A stretch of 64,000 nucleotides of DNA from an uncultured Pseudomonadota bacterium (GTDB taxonomy: Bacteria > Pseudomonadota > Alphaproteobacteria > JACZXZ01), in contig CAVVLJ010000014.1 in assembly GCA_963749075.1 (NCBI GenBank), positions 1-64,000 on the forward strand, in the 5' to 3' direction. Within the stretch, counting starts at the first letter, position 1. Every line of letters starts with the position of its first letter. This document shows positions 52,845 to 62,858 of this stretch, piece after piece. Position numbers and translations under genes: made by a program. The notes under the pieces were generated by a model. That model did no database searches. It saw only the letters and a list, made by a program, of their open reading frames with translations, and was not told the origin of the DNA.

Positions 52845-53479
52845 AGCGGCGCTCCCTGCGGCTCGAGCCGCATATGATCGAGGAGGCGCGTGCCCAAGCG
52901 CTGCATCTCGTCCATGACTCGCGCCTGGCGGTCGGAAATATAGTTGAAGGCGAAGAGCGCGATCAGCGCCACGAACAAGCCGACCGCGGTCGCGATCAGC
53001 GCCTCGGCCACGCCGCCGGTGACGCCCGCCGGATCGACGAGGCCGGACTCGCCAAAGAGGCGGAAGGACCGGATCATGCCGATGATGGTGCCGAGCAGCC
53101 CGAGGAGCGGTGCCGCGGTGACGATGGTCTCGAGAATCCAGAGCCAGCGCGCCAGCGATTTCTCGATCAGGCTGGCCTCGTCGGCGGCACGCGATTCGAC
53201 CCACCAGGCGGGACGCGTGCGATGGTCGAGAATGACGCTGAGGAAGCGTGCGAAGTGATTGCGCGGGTCGAGCTCCGCGACCTGCCTCGCGAGCTCGTCC
53301 CAATCGAAGCCATAGGTCTCGATCAGGGCTGCGAGCCGCGACGGGACGTGCCCGCGCGTCCACAGCACGAAGCCTTTCTCGATCGCGACCACGCCGGTCA
53401 GGACCGCCAGTGCTGCCAGCGGATAGATGGCAACGCCGCCGGCTTTCAGCATGGCGAAGGTTTCGCTCAACTGGTGCAA
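52841..53479 (-). CDS. exbB: MotA/TolQ/ExbB proton channel protein
   Basis: LETIVTAAPLLGLLGTIIGM, GVAEALIATAVGL. Confidence 0.92.
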   Translation of the reverse strand: MHQLSETFAMLKAGGVAIYPLAALAVLTGVVAIEKGFVLWTRGHVPSRLAALIETYGFDWDELARQVAELDPRNHFARFLSVILDHRTRPAWWVESRAADEASLIEKSLARWLWILETIVTAAPLLGLLGTIIGMIRSFRLFGESGLVDPAGVTGGVAEALIATAVGLFVALIALFAFNYISDRQARVMDEMQRLGTRLLDHMRLEPQGAPL

Positions 53480-53509
53480 TTCATGGCCCCTTGCGGCTTC
53501 CCCCAGCCC

Positions 53510-55869
53510 TTAAAAGAACTTCCGCACGCTCAGATAGATGGCGCGCCGCGGGCCGTATTGCGGTGCGAACACGCCGACGCCGGTGCCGGAGCGGATTTGA
53601 TACACGTCGTCGAGCGCGTTGATCAGATTGATGCCGAGCTCGAGCGGCCCGAACGGCGCCTGGTCGAAGCGATGCGAGACGCTGAAATTCACCTGCAGAT
53701 AGGGCGATACGGTGCCGCCGTTAGGGATCGTGCCGGCGTCTTGCCGCAAGCCCGAGCCATAAATCATATCGGCGCTGAAACGGGTGCCGCGCCAGTTGTA
53801 GGAGGCGCCGCCCGAGGCCGTGATCCATTGGCTGTGGTCGGTGTAGATGTAATTGCTGGCGATATAGGCGAGGTCGTCGGGACTGAAATTGAATTGCTGC
53901 GAGGCGACCTCTGTGGCGCGCTCCCGGCCGAAGGAGAGGTTGCCGTAGGCCAACCAGTCGCCGGCCGTGTAGTTGCCGGTGAACTCGACGCCGTAAACAT
54001 TGGCATGCGCGTAATTGAACACGGAGAGGATGATCGGCGCGCCGAACTGGCCCTCATCGATCAGGTCGTGCGCCTGCTTGTAGTAGGCGTCGATACCGAG
54101 CTTCAGCCCGGGCAGCACGACGTGATCGGCGCCGACGTCGAAGTAGTTGGAGCGCTCCGGCAGGATCGGCCCATCCTGGGGCGGCGATGCCGGCGTATAG
54201 CCCGCGGGATAGCCGGTCGTGCCGGCGAACTTGGCGATCGACTCTCCCGAAATCAGCTCCATCGCCGGCGGCGTGAAATAGCGCGAATAGCCGGCGTGAA
54301 GCGTGGTGTCGGTATCGGGTTTCCACACGGCATTGATCCGCGGGCTGAGCTGGCTCGCGCTTGTGTAGGCCTCGAGCACGTCGAAGCGCGCGCCGAAGTT
54401 CAGCGTCAGCTTCGGCGTGAGCTTCCATTCGTCCTGCAGATAGATGCCGTAGGTCTGACCGATCTTGGCGCTGCTGTCGGCGACGGAAATCGGGCTGGTG
54501 CCGACGCTGTCGCAGGCGTCATCGAGGCATGGAAAGACCTGGGAATTGGTGTCCGAGCTCGCACTTTCGATCAAGAGGACAGCACCATAGCGCAGCGTGT
54601 GGCCGCCGCCGATGCGATAGGTGCCGTCGGCCTGGAGTCCCGACGCGATGTCGGTGCGGACCGCGTTCTGCGCCAGGCCGTAGAACATGAGGTCGCCTAC
54701 CGTGTCGGGCATGTAGGCGAGGCGCGAATAACGCCCGAAGGCGGAGATCTGGGTATCGAGATCGCCTTCGGATTTGAGGTAGGACACCGCCGCGTAATAG
54801 TTGCTCTCGTCCTGCGCCTCGTTGAGCAGCGTGGAATCGAAGTTGGTCAGGCCGAGGAATTGGAAGGCGGGCGTCTGGCCGGGGCTGTCCGGAATTTCGA
54901 ACGAGCCCTGATAGCCGCCGAGAATGAGGCTGATCTTGCTGGTCGGGTCGATGATGTCCTCGAAATAGCCGAACTGGTGGGATTGCCGGGTGGCGTCGTG
55001 GATCGTGTGGAAGGGTGCCGCCGGATTCTCGATGCCGATATCGTTCTGGAGATAATCGCCCACGACGTAGTAGTTGAAATGGCCGACCGAGCCGGCGTAT
55101 TCCGCGCTCGGCTCGACCCAGCTGTGGCTGCCGCCGTAGAGGCCGACCGAGCCGCTGGGCTCGAAGGCGCCCGATTTGGTGGTGATGTCGATGATGCCGG
55201 TCGTCACCAGCCCATATTGCGCCGGCAGAGAGCCGGTGATGAGGTCGATCGACGAGGCGAAGCGCGTGCTGAACTCTGGCCGAAGAAGCTGATGCCTTCC
55301 GGCAGGATCACCCCGTCGATGCGGTACTGGATATTGGCGTGGTCGTTGCGCAGGTGAATCTGGCCGAAGGAATCCTGGCTGACCCCGGGCGTCTGCAGAA
55401 GCGTCTGGTTCAAGGGTATGTCCGCCCCGCCCGGCTGGCTTTCGATCGCCTTGTCGGTCAATGTGTAGGTGGTGGCGCCGATCCGCGGCTCGATGGTGGT
55501 GAGAGCGTCGGCGAGCCTGTGGGCGGTGAGCTGCAAATTGAGCGCCTCTTTCGACGCCAAGGTGAGATCGCTCGTAGTGCCCTCAGCCGGCACCGTGACG
55601 ATCGCCGTCGCGGTCGCGAAGCCCGGCTTGTCGCCGATCAACGAATAGGTGCCCGGCGCCACGCCGCGCAGCAGGTAGCCGCCATCGGTCCCCGTTGTGC
55701 CGCGGCCGGCGACCTGACCTTCGGGAGTCTCCAGGCGGATCGAGACGCCGTCGAGCGGACGCTGGAGCGCATCGCGAACGACGCCGGACACCGTGGCGGC
55801 TTGTGCCGACGCAGGATGGCCGAATGCGAGCGAAATGCCGAATAATGTCAGGGCCAGAAGCACACGCAT
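53510..55869 (-). CDS. TonB-dependent receptor with N-terminal carboxypeptidase-regulatory-like domain; frameshift near 55273
   Basis: Signal peptide; plug QTPGVSQDSFGQIHLRNDHANIQYRIDG; YLQDEWK, SPRIN; C-terminal aromatic residue (SVRKFF). Adding one base joins GQS-L-STRF...YGLVTTG. Confidence 0.92.
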
Positions 55870-55900
55870 CCTGCTCCCCCCGATCTGCGTGCCGCATCAC

Positions 55901-55950
55901 GTTTTGGTATGATATATCGTTTCCTATAAAATGGTACAATATATCGTTTC
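55901..55950. promoter_or_regulatory. Two tandem Zur-like boxes
   Basis: GTTTTGGTATGATATATCGTTTC (55901-55923) and AAAATGGTACAATATATCGTTTC (55928-55950) match 16/23 and 18/23 positions of the proteobacterial Zur consensus GAAATGTTATANTATAACATTTC (counted by hand). Confidence 0.65.
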
Positions 55951-55986
55951 GTGCACGCCGGCCGCGTCCTCGCTCGCGTTCCCGGC

Positions 55987-56014
55987 CCCCTCTCCTCCTT
56001 CAGGAGGAGAGGGG
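55987..56014. repeat. Single palindromic repeat arm
   Basis: CCCCTCTCCTCCTTCAGGAGGAGAGGGG, same core as the hairpin near 42219. Confidence 0.75.
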
Positions 56015-56109
56015 GATCGTGGCGAGCTCGCGGCGGGCGGCGCCGCCGGCCGGCCATGCGGCGCTTTCGCCTATGTCCAAGGGCGTGCGCGCTCGGCTAA
56101 ACTCCGGCC

Positions 56110-56727
56110 ATGCGAAGGCCGTCATCCGCCCGCAGTTGGCTGGCGTGGCTCGTTTCGCTCGCGCTCGCGCTCGCTGTCCCGGGCGGCGCCGCGCGCGCGC
56201 ATCCCCATGTGTGGATCGACGCCACCGTGAACCTCGTCTTCAAGGCGAAGAAGGTCGCGGCGATGAACGTCACCTGGGTGTTCGACGAGGTCTACAGCGC
56301 CGCGACGATCGCCGATTTCGGCAAGCACCAGAAGGGGCGCATGGACGAGGGCGAGCTCAAGGGCCTGGTCGGCGAGAGCGACAAGTCGCTCGCGAATTAC
56401 AGCTACTTCACCTATCTCCAGATCGACGGCAAGCGCCGGCGCGTGGCGGCGGTCGAGGATTTCACCGCGGCGGTGAAGGGCGGCCGGCTCGTCTATCGCT
56501 TCACCGTGCCCGTCGCCCCGCCGGTCGACCCGGTGCGCCAGCGCTTCGAGTTCCTGCTCTACGACGAGACCTACTACGTCTATGTCGATCTCGAGAAGAA
56601 GGGAAAGGGCGTCACCTTCAGCGGCGAGGCGCCGGAGCTCTGCAGCGAAACGCGCACGCAGGACCTCACGACGCCGCTCTATTTCGGCTACGATTACCCG
56701 ACCCTCATCCACGTGGCCTGCGAATGA
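56110..56727 (+). CDS. DUF1007-family periplasmic protein (ZevA-like metal-binding)
   Basis: Signal peptide then AHPHVWID, W.FDE.YS, YFT, YDETYY. Confidence 0.88.
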   Translation: MRRPSSARSWLAWLVSLALALAVPGGAARAHPHVWIDATVNLVFKAKKVAAMNVTWVFDEVYSAATIADFGKHQKGRMDEGELKGLVGESDKSLANYSYFTYLQIDGKRRRVAAVEDFTAAVKGGRLVYRFTVPVAPPVDPVRQRFEFLLYDETYYVYVDLEKKGKGVTFSGEAPELCSETRTQDLTTPLYFGYDYPTLIHVACE

Positions 56728-57641
56728 TCTCTCATTGGCGCGTTCTCGCCGCGGCCCTCGCCTTGGCCGCCTCCGTTGCCGTTCTGGCGCTGCTCGCCGG
56801 CACGGAAGTGGGCGGCTTCGGCGGCTTGCGCTTCGTCCTCGCCTTCGTCAACGAAGTGCAGCGCCGCCTCTACGGCGAGCTTGCCTGGGCACTCGACGAG
56901 CTCAAGAGCGGCGGCCGCCTCTGGCCGCTCGCCGCCCTCTTCGGCGTCTCCTTCCTCTACGGCGTGCTTCATGCCGTGGGCCCCGGCCACGGCAAGATCG
57001 TGATCTCCTCCTATCTCGTCGCGAGCGGCAGCCAGTTCCGCCGCGGCCTCGCACTCTCCTTCGCGGCCGCCATGGTGCAGGCGGTCTCCGCCATCCTCCT
57101 CGTCGGCCTGCTTGCCGTCGCACTCAAGCTGAGCCGCCTCCAGGTCAACAATCAGGGCCTGCTCCTCCAGGAGGGCAGCTACGGCCTCATCGTGGCGGTC
57201 GGGCTCGCCATGCTGATCGCGGTCCTAAGACGCGCCTGGGGCATGGCGCGGGCCCATGGCCACGGGGATCATCATGGCCACGGCGGCGGTCCGGCGGCCG
57301 GCTCCACGCGGTCCTGGCGCGGCTGGCTCGCCGTGGCACTCGCGACCGGCATCAGGCCGTGCAGCGGCGCCATCCTCGTCCTGCTCTTTGCCCTCGCCCA
57401 GGGCATGTTCGTCATCGGCATGGCCGCCACCGTCGTCATGGCGGTCGGCACCGGCGTCACCGTCTCGGCGCTCGCGCTCCTTGCGGTCTATTCGCGGCGC
57501 ACCGCCATGCGCATCGCGGGCGAGAGCTCGGAGTGGCAGGCCCGCATCCACAACGGCCTCGCCCTCCTCGGAGCGCTCCTCGTGATCGGCGCCGGCCTCC
57601 TCCTCCTCGTGGCCACGGCTGGCCAGACCTCGTCCATTTGA
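56724..57641 (+). CDS. Nickel/cobalt transporter family (NicO/RcnA; ZevB-like)
   Basis: FLYGVLHAVGPGHGK, His-rich loop HGHGDHHGH, GIRPCSGAILVL. Confidence 0.9.
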   Translation: MISHWRVLAAALALAASVAVLALLAGTEVGGFGGLRFVLAFVNEVQRRLYGELAWALDELKSGGRLWPLAALFGVSFLYGVLHAVGPGHGKIVISSYLVASGSQFRRGLALSFAAAMVQAVSAILLVGLLAVALKLSRLQVNNQGLLLQEGSYGLIVAVGLAMLIAVLRRAWGMARAHGHGDHHGHGGGPAAGSTRSWRGWLAVALATGIRPCSGAILVLLFALAQGMFVIGMAATVVMAVGTGVTVSALALLAVYSRRTAMRIAGESSEWQARIHNGLALLGALLVIGAGLLLLVATAGQTSSI

Positions 57642-57708
57642 CGCCCCAACCATTTGACGCCCCTGGCATTTGACGCCCCTGGCATTTGACGCCCCTGGCA
57701 TTTGACGC
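57635..57708. repeat. Tandem 16-bp repeat CATTTGACGCCCCTGG (4 units plus a partial)
   Basis: Units at 57635 (variant ending CAAC), 57651, 57667, 57683 and partial 57699-57708; the first unit contains the transporter stop codon. Confidence 0.95.
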
Positions 57709-57804
57709 GTTGACTCTCCGCCGGGCCCCGTCAAATACTGTCGCAACGATCCAGCAGCCGGCATCAGACCGGCTTGAACGACGAACAGGCATAGGGAGGC
57801 AAGC

Positions 57805-59121
57805 ATGAAGACCTCGCGCAGGTCCGTACTCAAATATTCCGCCCTGAGCGTGGCCGCCTTCGGCCTCGGCGGCAGGCTCGCGCGCGCCGCGGACGAGACG
57901 ATCCGGATCGGCGTGCTCTACGACCTCTCCGGGCCTTACGCGGCGGCCGGCTCGGTCGCCTCCTCGATCGGCGCCCATATCGCCATCGACCTCGTCAACG
58001 AGCGCGGCGGCGTCGCCGGCAAGTACAAGGTGGTGCCGATCGACGGCGACAGCCAGAGCAAGGCGGACGTGGCGATCAACGAGGCCGAGCGGCTCCTCAG
58101 CGAGGCCAAGGTCGACATCATACTGGGCGTCTATTCGAGCGCCCACGCCGTGCCGCTCGCCGCCAAGCTCGAGGAGCAGAAGAAGATCCTGTGGATCACC
58201 ACGGCGGTCGCGACATCGGTGTTCAAGGGCAAGAACCTGCATTACGTCTTCCGCGCCCAGATCCATTCCGACCAGTACGGCCAGGCCGGCGCCGGCTTCC
58301 TTGCCGAGCACGCGAAAGCGAAGCTGGGCGTCGAGCCCAAGGATCTCAAGGTCGCGATCATCCACGAGGACGGCCCCTACGGCACGGGCGTCGCCGACGC
58401 CGACGAATTCTATTGCAAGGAGAAGGGCCTGCAGGTGGCGCTCAAGGAGGCCTATTCGGCGAGCGCGCCCGATCTCTCGTCGCTGGTGAACAAGGTGCGC
58501 AGCACCCGGGCCGACGTCGTGCTGCACGCCGGCTACAACCCCGACATCACGCTCTTCCTGCGCCAGGGCCGCGAGCAGGGCCTGCGCTTCAAGATGCTGA
58601 TCGGCAACGGCGCCGGCTACAGTCAGCTCGACAAGCTGCGCGCCACCTTCCACGACGACATCGACCACTTCTGCAACATCGATCCGGTGCCGGCGCAGCT
58701 CCTCGACGCCAAGAAGCTCGCGCCGGGCCTGGGCGACCTCATCAAGATCATGGTCGAGCGCTACAAGGCCAAGACCAACGCGAACGACGTGCCGCCGCAC
58801 GTCTCGATGGGCTTCAACCAGACCTGGATACTGCTCAATTCGGTGCTGCCGGTGGCCAAGGCGAAGTACGGCGGCTTCGACCCGGAGGCCATCCGCAAGG
58901 CGGCCCTCGACGTGGATATTCCCGCCGGCGGCACGATCCAGGGCTACGGCGTCAAGTTCTTCCCGCCGGGAACCGAGCTCTCCGGCCAGAACGAGCGCTC
59001 GACGCCCGTGGTCATGCAGTATTTCGGCGAGCACATCGCCGTCGTCTGGCCCACCAACATCGAGACGCAGGAGCCCGTCCTGCCGTTGCCGGCATCCTCG
59101 CCCTACGCCATGCGCAGTTAG
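57805..59121 (+). CDS. Liv-type ABC transporter substrate-binding protein with Tat signal
   Basis: RBS GGGAGG; SRRSVLK twin-arginine motif; IRIGVLYDLSGP; HEDGPYG. Confidence 0.9.
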   Translation: MKTSRRSVLKYSALSVAAFGLGGRLARAADETIRIGVLYDLSGPYAAAGSVASSIGAHIAIDLVNERGGVAGKYKVVPIDGDSQSKADVAINEAERLLSEAKVDIILGVYSSAHAVPLAAKLEEQKKILWITTAVATSVFKGKNLHYVFRAQIHSDQYGQAGAGFLAEHAKAKLGVEPKDLKVAIIHEDGPYGTGVADADEFYCKEKGLQVALKEAYSASAPDLSSLVNKVRSTRADVVLHAGYNPDITLFLRQGREQGLRFKMLIGNGAGYSQLDKLRATFHDDIDHFCNIDPVPAQLLDAKKLAPGLGDLIKIMVERYKAKTNANDVPPHVSMGFNQTWILLNSVLPVAKAKYGGFDPEAIRKAALDVDIPAGGTIQGYGVKFFPPGTELSGQNERSTPVVMQYFGEHIAVVWPTNIETQEPVLPLPASSPYAMRS

Positions 59122-59146
59122 CATTCGAACTTGTTGATGCGCGGCA

Positions 59147-59248
59147 CACCCCCCTCCCTAACCCTCCCCCTCAAGGGGGGAGGGGAACTGCATGGAGACG
59201 CAGCGAACTACCCCCTCCCCCTTGAAGGGGGAGGGTGGGGAGGGGGTG
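59147..59248. repeat. Palindromic intergenic repeat, copy 2
   Basis: Arms near-identical to 13718-13819 with a diverged spacer that shares TGCATGG. Confidence 0.9.
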
Positions 59249-59277
59249 ACGCTCGCTTCGACGGTAGTGAACTCTAA

Positions 59278-60005
59278 ATGCTGGCGGTTGCGGGCCTCTC
59301 CAAGCGCTTCGGAGGAATTCCTGGCGGTCAACCAGGTGTCCTTCGAGGTGCGGGAGGGCGAGATCCTCGGCCTCATCGGTCCGAACGGCTCGGGCAAGAG
59401 CACGACCTTCAACCTGATCGCCGGCACGCTGCGCCCGAGCGGCGGCTCGATCCGCTTCGCGGGCGACGAGATCGCCGGCCTGGCCGCGCACCACATCTGC
59501 CGCCGGGGCGTCGCGCGCACCTTCCAGATCCCGCGGCCCTTCCGCAAGCTCTCGCTCGTCGAGAACGTGGCGCTCGCCGCCCATTACGGCAAGCACGGCA
59601 GCGTGAGCCGTGCGGAAGCGCGGCGCCAGGCGGAGGCGGCGCTCGAGCTCGTGGGCCTGCCCGCCGGCGGCGAGGCCACGACCGAGGGGCTGGGCGCCGC
59701 GGCGCTCAAGAAGCTCGAGCTTGCGCGCGCGCTCGCGACGCGGCCGCGCCTCCTCCTCGCCGACGAGAGTCTCGGCGGGCTCGACGCGGCGGAGATGGAG
59801 CGCGCCGCCGATCTCCTCGAGAGCATCCGCAGCGCCATGGGCATCACCATCGTGTGGGTCGAGCACATCATGGGCGTGCTCATGCGCGTGGTCGACCGCG
59901 TCATCGTGCTCGATCACGGCGAGAAGATTCTTCGAAGGCGCGCCGGCCGAGGCCGCGCGCGACGCGCGCGTCGCGGAAGTCTATCTCGGCCGGCCGCGGC
60001 ACTGA
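59278..60005 (+). CDS. ABC ATP-binding protein (LivG-like); frameshifts near 59316 and 59928
   Basis: LSKRFGG(F)LAVNQV, GPNGSGKST, RTFQIPRPF, LLADE, VEHIM, EVYLG. Confidence 0.88.
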
Positions 60006-60012
60006 GCGGCCC

Positions 60013-60717
60013 ATGCTGTCCCTCGAAGCGGTCTCCGCCGGCTACGGCTCCTTCCGGGCCTTGAGCCAAGTCTCCCTCGAGGTGAGGGCGGGCGAGGCGG
60101 TCGGCGTGATCGGCCCGAACGGCGCCGGCAAGACCACCCTCATGCGGGTGATCTCGGGCCTCGTCCCCGTGCGCGCGGGCGAGCTCACCATGGAGGGCCG
60201 CCCGCTTGCCGGGCTGCCGGCGCACCGCATCGTCGAGCGCGGCATCGCCCACGTGCCCGAGAACCGCCGGCTTTTCCCGCGGCTCAGCGTCGAGGACAAC
60301 CTGCGCATCGGCGGCTTCATCCCCGCGGCGCGCCGCCACTATGCGGAGCGCGCGGCCTGGGTCTACGAGCTCTTCCCGCGGCTCAAGGAGCGTTGCCGCC
60401 AGCTCGCCGGCACGCTCTCCGGCGGCGAGCAGCAGATGTGCGCGATCGGCCGCGCGCTCATGTCCCGGCCCAAGCTCCTGCTCATGGACGAGCCCTCCGC
60501 CGGGCTGGCGCCGCTCGTGGTGGAGCAGGTCTTCGCCCTCGTCCGCCGCATCCGGGCCGAGGGACTGACCGTGCTCATCGTCGAGCAGAACGTGCAGCAG
60601 GTTCTCGACGTCGTGGACCGCGCTTACCTCCTCGAGGTCGGCAGCATCCGCCTCGCCGGGACCGCCGCCGAGCTCAAGGACCACGACGTCATCCGCAAGG
60701 CCTACATGGGGCTCTGA
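60013..60717 (+). CDS. ABC ATP-binding protein (LivF-like)
   Basis: GPNGAGKTT, LSGGEQQM, LLMDEPSAGLAP, VEQNV, AYMGL. Confidence 0.93.
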   Translation: MLSLEAVSAGYGSFRALSQVSLEVRAGEAVGVIGPNGAGKTTLMRVISGLVPVRAGELTMEGRPLAGLPAHRIVERGIAHVPENRRLFPRLSVEDNLRIGGFIPAARRHYAERAAWVYELFPRLKERCRQLAGTLSGGEQQMCAIGRALMSRPKLLLMDEPSAGLAPLVVEQVFALVRRIRAEGLTVLIVEQNVQQVLDVVDRAYLLEVGSIRLAGTAAELKDHDVIRKAYMGL

Positions 60718-60721
60718 GGGA

Positions 60722-61011
60722 CTTATCCGGAAGTGAATGCGTTATTTTTCATGCGTTGCTCACCGTTCGTCGTCATTCCCGCGCAAGCGGGAGAAGGCGA
60801 GGAAGCCCTCTCCCGCTTGCGGGAGAGGGAAGGGGCCCATCCCTTAGGGATGGGAAGGGTGAGGGAAGGCCGGATGCCGGCGCCGACCCTCATCCTCCCA
60901 CGGCCTTACGGCCATGGGCCCCTCATCGATCCGCTTCGCGGCTCGATCCCGCAAGCGGGAGAGGGGCTTAACGCGATCGGCGCCTGCGCAAGGATGGCAT
61001 TTCGGAATAAG
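60722..61011. repeat. Composite palindromic repeat inside the ABC operon
   Basis: Hairpins CCCTCTCCCGCTTGCGGGAGAGGG and TCCCGCAAGCGGGAGAGGGG; imperfect outer inverted repeat CTTATCCGGAAGTG / CATTTCGGAATAAG. Confidence 0.75.
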
Positions 61012-61023
61012 CTCTGAGGACGC

Positions 61024-61879
61024 ATGGACATCTACCTCCTCGAGGCGGTGGTGAACGGCCTGCTCTTGGGCGGCGTGCTGGCGCTCTTGGCACTCGGGCT
61101 CAATCTCATCTTCGGCGTCATCGACGTGGTGTGGATCGCCTATGCCGACCTCGTCATGTGCGGCATGTACGCGGTCTATTGGCTGCACTCCTATTACGGC
61201 TGGCCCTTGGCGTTCGCCTTCGCCGCGGCGATCCTCATCGTGGCGCTCTTAGGTCTCCTCGTGCATGTCCTCATCATCGCACCCGTGCTCGGCTCCGCTC
61301 CCATCAACCAGCTCCTCGCCACGGGGGGTCTGCTCTATTTCCTGCAGAGCTTCGCGACGCTCCTCTTCGGCACCGACTTCCGCAACATCGGCGTGCGGCT
61401 GCCGGTGCTCGAGCTGGGTGAGCTCTACATCAGCTTCGCGCGGCTGATCGCCTTCGCAACGGCGCTCCTCGGCGCCGTGGCGCTCTATCTCTTTCTCAAG
61501 CGCACCTATCTCGGCACGGCGATCCGCGCCATCGCGCAAGACCGCGAGGTCATGGGGCTGATGGGCGTCGACCAGCGGCGTATCTATCTCATCACCTCGG
61601 CGATCGGCGGCGGCCTCGCCGGCCTCGGCGCCTGCCTCCTCTCGCTGCAGTACGACGTGCAGCCCTTCGTCGGCAACACCTTCGGTCCGCTCATCTTCAT
61701 GATCTGCGTGCTGGGCGGCCTCGGCAACATGATCGGCGGCTTCATCGCCGCCTTCATCATCAGCCAGATCATCTCGATCGGCGGCTACTATTCCTCGACC
61801 GAGCTCGCCTACGTGCTCGCCTTCACCTTCTTCATCGTGCTCATGTTCGCGCGGCCGGCGCGGGATACTCGCGCGATGA
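61024..61879 (+). CDS. ABC permease (LivH-like); apparent read-through into the next gene probably from an extra base near 61858
   Basis: LALGLNLIFGV, GTAIRAIAQD, VLGGLGN; the natural end would be ARP.GILAR-TGA overlapping ATG 61876. Confidence 0.85.
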
Positions 61880-62853
61880 GGGGGAAGCACGGAGCGGCCT
61901 TGCTCGGCCTCGCGGTCCTCGTGGCCCTGCCCGCGGTGACGCCCGTCTATTTCCTCCACCTCGCCATCCTGGTCCTCATTTGGGGCTTCATCTATACCGC
62001 CTGGTCGATCATGGGCCGCTTCGGCTTCGTCTCGCTGGGGCACGGCGCCTTCATGGGCATCGGCGCCTATGTTCCGGGGCTGCTGTGGAACTATGCGGGC
62101 ATCACGCCGTGGCTCAGCATGCCGCTCGGCATGCTGCTCGCGGCACTCCTGGCACTCGTCATCGGCTATCCCTGCTTCCGCCTCAAGGTGGTGGGTCACT
62201 ATTTCGCGCTCGTGACGCTGGCGCTCAGCCAGGTGGTGATGCTCAGCATCATCGCGGCGCGCGACGTGACCGGCGGCTCGCTCGGCATGACGCCGAAGCT
62301 CGCCGGCCATTCCTGGTACGCGCTGCAGTTTCCCGAGAAGGGATATTTCTACGGCGTCAGCCTGGTGCTCTGGCTCGCCGGCCTCGCGGTGTGGCGCCGG
62401 CTCGACCGCGGCATCGGACGCGAGGCTCTCGAGGCGATCTCCGAGGACGAGGACGCCGCCGCCGCGGTCGGCATCGACGTGCTGCGCGAGAAGCTGCGCG
62501 TCACCGTGATAAGTGCCGTGCTGACCGCGCTCGGCGGCTCCATCTATGCGCAGTATCTCATGTACCTCAACCCGGAAACGGTCTCCGGCATCAGCGTCTC
62601 CCTGCAGATCGTCTTCGCCGCCATCGCGGGCGGCATGTACAGCATGCTCGGTCCCACGGTGGGCGCCCTTCTCACCACCGCCTTGACCGAGGGCCTGCGC
62701 GTGTGGTTCGGCGTCAGCTTCATCGGCGCTGCCAACACCATCTACGGCATTCTGCTGATCATCTTCATCGTCTTCATGCCGCGCGGCATCCTCGGCGCGG
62801 TGGAACGCTTGCGCGTACGCCGCGTGCGCGCCGGCGCGCTGCCGGCGGGCTAG
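61876..62853 (+). CDS. ABC permease (LivM-like)
   Basis: SLGHGAFMGIGAY, YFALVTLA, AISEDEDAA..VGI, GPTVGA, PRGILG. Confidence 0.88.
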   Translation: MRGKHGAALLGLAVLVALPAVTPVYFLHLAILVLIWGFIYTAWSIMGRFGFVSLGHGAFMGIGAYVPGLLWNYAGITPWLSMPLGMLLAALLALVIGYPCFRLKVVGHYFALVTLALSQVVMLSIIAARDVTGGSLGMTPKLAGHSWYALQFPEKGYFYGVSLVLWLAGLAVWRRLDRGIGREALEAISEDEDAAAAVGIDVLREKLRVTVISAVLTALGGSIYAQYLMYLNPETVSGISVSLQIVFAAIAGGMYSMLGPTVGALLTTALTEGLRVWFGVSFIGAANTIYGILLIIFIVFMPRGILGAVERLRVRRVRAGALPAG

Positions 62854-62858
62854 GCCCG

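Noticed and set aside
57635-57708. CRISPR array (also considered for 926-970)
   Set aside because: Units are 15-16 bp, directly adjacent, with no spacers and no cas genes.
61024-62853. 609-aa LivH-LivM permease fusion
   Set aside because: Removing one base near 61858 restores the usual ARP.GILAR stop overlapping the next ATG (ATGA), so the fusion is probably an artefact.
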